NCBI GenBank assembly: GCA_048128005.1
Contig: JBEUKZ010000064.1
Location: forward strand, 186,001 to 250,000
Direction: 5' to 3'
Length of the DNA: 64,000 nt
Origin: Veleropilina oligotropha
Lineage: Eukaryota
Positions 58,051 to 64,000 of this stretch are shown in pieces. The notes below the pieces were generated by a model that saw only the letters and a program-made list of their open reading frames with translations, was not told where the DNA came from and did no database searches. The position numbers and the translations under genes are program-made. Every line of letters begins with the position of its first letter. Position 1 is the first letter of the stretch.

Positions 58051-60138
58051 GATGGTATACATATATAATAAATGTATCTAAATGATTTCCTAGGACTGAG
58101 AAATTTCAATGATGCTACTTTATTGTATGGAATGTTGATTTATAAGAAATGGTTTCATCAGAACATATAATATTATATGTTTTCACATTCTGATTCAGAT
58201 AAAATAATTGCATTTTAGCTGGTCTACATTGACCCTGAAACAGTACAGTCTCCCAAACCTTAATGCATGTATACATGCAGGCTAAATCTCCGCTCCGAGT
58301 CATTACCATGAGATGATGAAGTAGAAGACCACATGACTGCAGCCAGTTATGAGGCCATTCAAGTCTAATTACTCTAATTCAAGCCTAATTACTCTAATTA
58401 GAGTGCAGACAACGGCAAGGTGCACCATCAAGGCTAATTAGCAACAGGAAAACTCAAACAGGAAGGAAGTGCAAGGATCCAAAGGCAAAAGGGGCAAAGT
58501 TCGATACCTGCTAGATATCAGTGACACTCAGATGACGCTTTATCTTAGCTATGATGAGTCATTTCATTAACAGATCGAGATCTATATAAATTAAATTATT
58601 AATACTGAGTTCAACACACAGAAACCATTTACCCACATTGCTTTGTTTACATAATTATTATGCTGCTGTCTTTAAAAAAAAAGTTTCAGTTTAATAGATC
58701 CAACTCTGTGGTGCCCAGACCTGCAACCAGATCCATGACCCATTGACCCCTTCACAGATCTGGCGGGTCTGGTCAGGGCATTGACCCCTTCACAGATCTG
58801 GCGGGTCTGGTCAGGGCATTCTGGTGGTACTAACAGGATGCAGTCCCATATGGCATTTAAATAAGAAACACAGGTGCCCTCAGCAGGACATTTGGTGCCA
58901 ACTTGCAAGCAAATGGCATTGACCCAATCTCAGTGGTCTAAGACAGGATGGTAAAGATAAAAGTGTATGGAAGTTCATTGTGATCAGGAAACACTAGTAT
59001 ACATGTATACAGTACAGACTGTAATGGCTGCAGGAACTTTGTTTTACAGCCACTTTTGCATTTTTCAACCATAGCTAAGTCAGGAATCTGACCAACATAA
59101 ATTTAGCATGTGCCTTCTATTATTTTAAGTGGCAGCATTAGCTGCCCGGTTGGCCTCGAACCCGTGCCCTCCAAGCAGTCTCGGTTGGCCTCGAACCCGT
59201 GCCCTCCAAGCAGTCTCGGTTGAGTGTCTGACGCATTAATCACTCACCCTAATCGAGGTCGAAGTCAGACTTAGTTTGTAATGGCATTTGCGTTAATTCA
59301 CATCAAACAAGTATGTAAAAATGTAGATGTAATCACATTTCACTGTATGAGACGATAGTCCTTAAAGGCTGGACTGCAACTATAAAAGGAGAGAACAGGT
59401 GGTAAGCTCATTTCTGATTTGGAAACCGATATATGATTGGTTGACAAATGGTTAAAACAACAGTTATCCAATTACGGGGTGTACTTTTTATTGTTACATC
59501 AATTATCATCTTCAGACTTGACAGGCAAACTTCATTAGCCAACGCTGTAATACCATGACCTAACTCGAACACCAAATCCATGACAGACCAGTTGCAAAGT
59601 CCGGCTCTTAAAAAGAACTACAACACTCTATCTTAAGGCAATTTGCAATTGAATTATGCCCGACACTGATATTGTTCCATGGACAACCTAACCGCTTTGT
59701 CATCCCCATGTTTGATCATTGCGCTGACAGGTTTTTTGGTTGATTAATTCCAAATGCCGCGGTGTTTAGTGATGAACGTTGTTTGGTATAGACGGTGTCA
59801 TAGTCTCACAGGTAACCTATCATTATCATTACTCGCAAGAATGCAGACCCTCGGGCAGAAAGGATCCCCTTGCAAATAGCTATTGTCCAGGCAAATAGTT
59901 TTCTCCCTTTGCTTTACACCCTTAAATTCAATGTTAACAACGGCTAATCGAATGCCAACATTATCTGCATCAAACTTACATATCTTATCGTGTTATGTAG
60001 CACCTCTGATGAATTAATCCCATCATTTGTGAAACTATTAAGATTTAGAAAAGGTTTTATCAGAAAGCCAACAATAATGTTGTTGTAAGAAGCAAGAGGG
60101 TGGTATTTGCAAGGTAATCTTGGCATCTCCTGATTAGT

Positions 60139-60365
60139 GATATAACCAACGGTTGGTAGCACTAATTGCTCATATTGAACTAGTTGGGACATAGCTGATA
60201 TAACCAACGGTTGGTAGCACTAATTGCTCATATTGCACTAGTTGGGACATAGGTGATATAACCAACGGTTGGTAGCACTAATTGCTCATATTGAACTAGT
60301 TGGGACATAGGTGATATAACCAATGGTTGGTAGCACTAATTAGTCATATTGAACTAGATGGGACA
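60139..60365. repeat. 58-bp minisatellite (~4 copies)
   Basis: Unit gatataaccaacggttggtagcactaattgctcatattgaactagttgggacatagct. Confidence 0.92.
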
Positions 60366-60771
60366 TCTTACAAAACACAATTGTGTTTGTTACTCAAGTA
60401 TAAAATTACATGGAATTTACTATTCAAGGCCGAAAGCAATACTGAGTTCATTTCTGCTTCTTTACCTCTTGCTCTTGCTTTTTACTGTAACTCATTCATT
60501 TGAATTAAGCTTCCTGGATCACTTTTCTCCTTACTATACTCTCTCTATTCTCCACCAGCTTCCTTTTTCTCCTCTCCACCCTCTCTCCAGTTACTCTCTT
60601 TCCTAACAATAAACATAGCTTTTATTATTGTTCTTCTCCCCCCCCCCCCCCAGCTCTCTTTTTCTAATTTTTTTCTCTACTCCCACTTTCCATGACTCTG
60701 CTACACATGGTTACCATAACATCTACCTGTATTCTTCTCTCCTCCAATCTCTCGCTCCACTTCTCCTTCTT

Positions 60772-61140
60772 TCCATCCCCCACTACACCTGATTACCATA
60801 ATCTCCCTATATCCATCCCCCACTACACCTGATTACCATAATCTCCCTATATCCATCCCCCACTACACCTGATTACCATAATCTCCCTATATCCATCCCC
60901 CACTACACCTGATTACCATAATCTCCCTATATCCATCCCCCACTACACCTGATTACCATAATCTCCCTATATCCATCCCCCACTACACCTGATTACCATA
61001 ATCTCCCTATATCCATCCCCCACTACACCTGATTACCATAATCTCCCTATATCCATCCCCCACTACACCTGATTACCATAATCTCCCTATATCCATCCCC
61101 CACTACACCTGATTACCATAATCTCCCTATATCAATCCCA
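60772..61140. repeat. 40-bp perfect minisatellite (~9 copies)
   Basis: Unit ccatcccccactacacctgattaccataatctccctatat. Confidence 0.95.
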
Positions 61141-61277
61141 CGTGTATATAATCCCTGTCTCTCTACTTCTTCCTCCTCCAACCTCTCACTCTTTCTACCG
61201 CTCCCATACACCTGGTTACCACAATATCTCCCTATATCTCTCCTTTATATAATCTCTCTACTCCCTCCTCCACTTCT

Positions 61278-61606
61278 CAGGGGTGGATCCATGGTACCGG
61301 CCACAGTAGTCAGATTTGGAGGTTTTACATTAGTAAATGTGTGAATAAATGCAAAATTAAAATTTGTAATAAAAATGGAATCCAGTGGTGGATATTAGAC
61401 ACGATCGATGATGTTTTGTAAACAGTTTCTTTACTTGGAATAGCTGTATTATGGGGGGCATGTTGCCTTCAGATTGCTTAAAAGGCATCCAATTTTTTTT
61501 CAGGTGGGACACTTGTGCGGGCCCCAAACCCCACGCCGATTATGAGTATGTACATGCATTCAATGGATAGGGCAGTCGTCACATATATTGTCTGGATCCG
61601 CCCCTG
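61278..61606. mobile_element. MITE with 5-bp TSD (hAT5-like)
   Basis: CTTCT|CAGGGGTGGATCCA...TGGATCCGCCCCTG|CTTCT. Confidence 0.8.
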
Positions 61607-61609
61607 CTT

Positions 61610-63345
61610 CTCCCTCTCTTTCTACCGCCCTGATTCACCTGGTTACCATAGCCTCTCTCTCCTGTCATCACTATCTACTAATCCCTCATCCCATCTCTCT
61701 CTCTCCACTTCTCCCTCTACCGCTCTGATACATCTGGTTACCATAGCCTCTCCCTCCTCTCATCACTATTTACTCCTCCCTCATCCCATCTCATCTCTCT
61801 CTCCACTTCTCCCTCTACCGCTGATACACCTGGTTACCACAGCCTCTCTTTCCTGTCATCACTATCTACTTCTCCCTCATCCCATCTCTCTCTCCACTTT
61901 TCCCTCTACCGCTGATACACCTGGTTACCATAGCCTCTCTCTCCTGTCATCACTATCTACTCCTCCCTCATCCCATCTCTCTCTCCACTTCTCCCTCTAC
62001 CACTGATACACCTGGTTACCATAGCCTCTCTCTCCTGTCATCACTATCTATTCCTCCCTCGTTCCATCTCTCTCTCCCCAATTCTCCCTCTATCGCTGAT
62101 ACACCTGGTTACCATAGCCTCTCCCTCCTCTCATCACTATCTACTAATCCCTCATCCCATCTCTCTCTCTCCACTTCTCCCTCTACCGCTCTGATACACC
62201 TGGTTACCATAGCCTCTCCCTCCTCTCATCACTATTTACTCCTCCCTCATCCCATCTCATCTCTCTCTCCACTTCTCCCTCTACCGCTGATACACCTGGT
62301 TACCACAGCCTCTCTTTCCTGTCATCACTATCTACTTCTCCCTCATCCCATCTCTCTCTCCACCTTTCCCTCTACCGCTGATACACCTGGTTACCATAGC
62401 CTCTCTCTCCTGTCATCACTATCTATTCCTCCCTCATCCCATCTCTCTCTCCACTTCTCCCTCTACCACTGATACACCTGGTTACCATAGCCTCTCCCTC
62501 CTCTCATCACTATCTACTCCTCCTTCATCCCATCTCTCTCTCCACTTCTCCCCGTACCACTGGTACACCTGGTTACCATAGCCTCTCTCTCCTGTCATCA
62601 CTATCTACTCCCTCATCCCATCTCTCTCTCCACTTCTCCCTCTACCACTGATACACCTGGTTACCATAGCCTCTCCCTCCTCTCATCACTATCTACTCCT
62701 CCTTCATCCCATCTCTCTCTCCACTTCTCCCTCTACCGCTGATAAACCTGGTTACCATAGCCTCTCTCTCCTGTCATCACTATCTACTCCTCCCTCATCC
62801 CATCTCTCTCTCCACTTCTCCCTCTACCGCTGATACACCTGGTTACCATAGCCTCTCTCCTGTCATCACTATCTACTCCTCCCTCATCCCATCTCTCTCT
62901 CCACTTCTCCCTCTACCGCTGATACACCTGGTTACCATAGCCTCTCTCCTGCCATCACTATCTACTCCTCCCTTATCCCATCTCTCTCTCCACTTCTCCC
63001 TCTACCGCTGATACACCTGGTTACCATAGCCTCTCTCTCCTGTTATCACTATCTACTCCTCCCTCATCCCATCTCTCTCTCCACTTCTCCCTCTACCGCT
63101 GATACACCTGGTTACCATAGCCTCTCCCTCCTCTCATCACTATTTACTCATCCCTCATCTCATCTCTCTCTCTCTCCACTTATCCCTCTACCGCTGATAC
63201 ACCTGGTTACCATAGCCTCTCCCTCCTCTCATCACTATTTACTCCTCCCTCATCTCATCTCTCTCTCCACTTCTTCCTCTATCGCTGATACACCTGGTTA
63301 CCACAGCCTCTCTCTCCTGTCATCACTATCTACTCATCCCTCATC

Positions 63346-63388
<43 letters not shown>

Positions 63389-63437
63389 CTTATCCCTCTA
63401 CCGCTCTGATACACCTGGTTACCATAGCCTCTCCCTG
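61610..63437. repeat. ~90-bp pyrimidine-rich minisatellite (~19 copies)
   Basis: Unit ctgatacacctggttaccatagcctctctctcctgtcatcactatctactcctccctcatcccatctctctctccacttctccctctaccg. Confidence 0.95.
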
Positions 63438-64000
63438 AGCACAAATTAAAGCCACATCATCTCAGTCCCTTAGCTGGCATGTTTACGTTAGAGGACCACA
63501 TTAAAGGAAGCTGAATGTGGCCTCAAATGGGAACCGCATGGGTCGGCTGCTGGCAGGCGGTTCAGCCAGATGATCCGCTGGCTTTTATCACACAGGAATG
63601 GCCAATATGCTGGTAGAAGTGAGCTCTCAGTGAGAATTATGGCCAATATCTAGGAAAAGCGAGAGGCCAGGAGGAACCCCTTGTGATAGAATCTACGGTC
63701 TCCATTTCATCTGAAATACTGACCTCAGTTTACTTTAGGTGACAAATATAGTTTGTAACAGATCTCTTTCACGGCATATCTGATATTGTCATTAGATAAT
63801 GGAGCATTGTGAATCCAGGGTTAAACAGATGGGTTGAGGGACATAAGCACCATGACAAATGTCTTAGATGCATACACTGAGATATGTCTTTCTTCATTGT
63901 GCATCAGAGTTTAGGTTGGGTGACACGTTCCCCTTTTCCCCCTAAATAATGAGGTCTCTGACAAAGAAAAACAGTTTCAGTTCAATGCAGACCGCTTGCA

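Overview
Repeat-rich, AT-rich metazoan genomic DNA, probably from a marine invertebrate (inferred from the repeat families). It contains: (i) a decayed DIRS-type tyrosine-recombinase retrotransposon at the left edge; (ii) four internal minus-strand exons of a TMEM135-like host gene; (iii) many MITEs, Helentron-like (HINE) elements and minisatellites. The centrepiece is an apparently intact 15,652-bp endogenous Polinton/Maverick-like virus (21205-36856) with AGCAGCAG...CTGCTGCT termini and an ACATG target-site duplication. It encodes a major capsid, a minor capsid, an A32-like packaging ATPase, an RVE integrase, about seven predicted membrane proteins and a secreted Cys-rich cargo protein. In place of a canonical protein-primed PolB it has one ~1284-aa fusion: HeH-like domain + atypical PolB + SF1 helicase + HNH nuclease. 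No adenain-type protease is visible. Its ~190-bp TIRs are only patchily similar, and the left terminus is reiterated. All protein assignments come from motif recognition by eye, not database searches.
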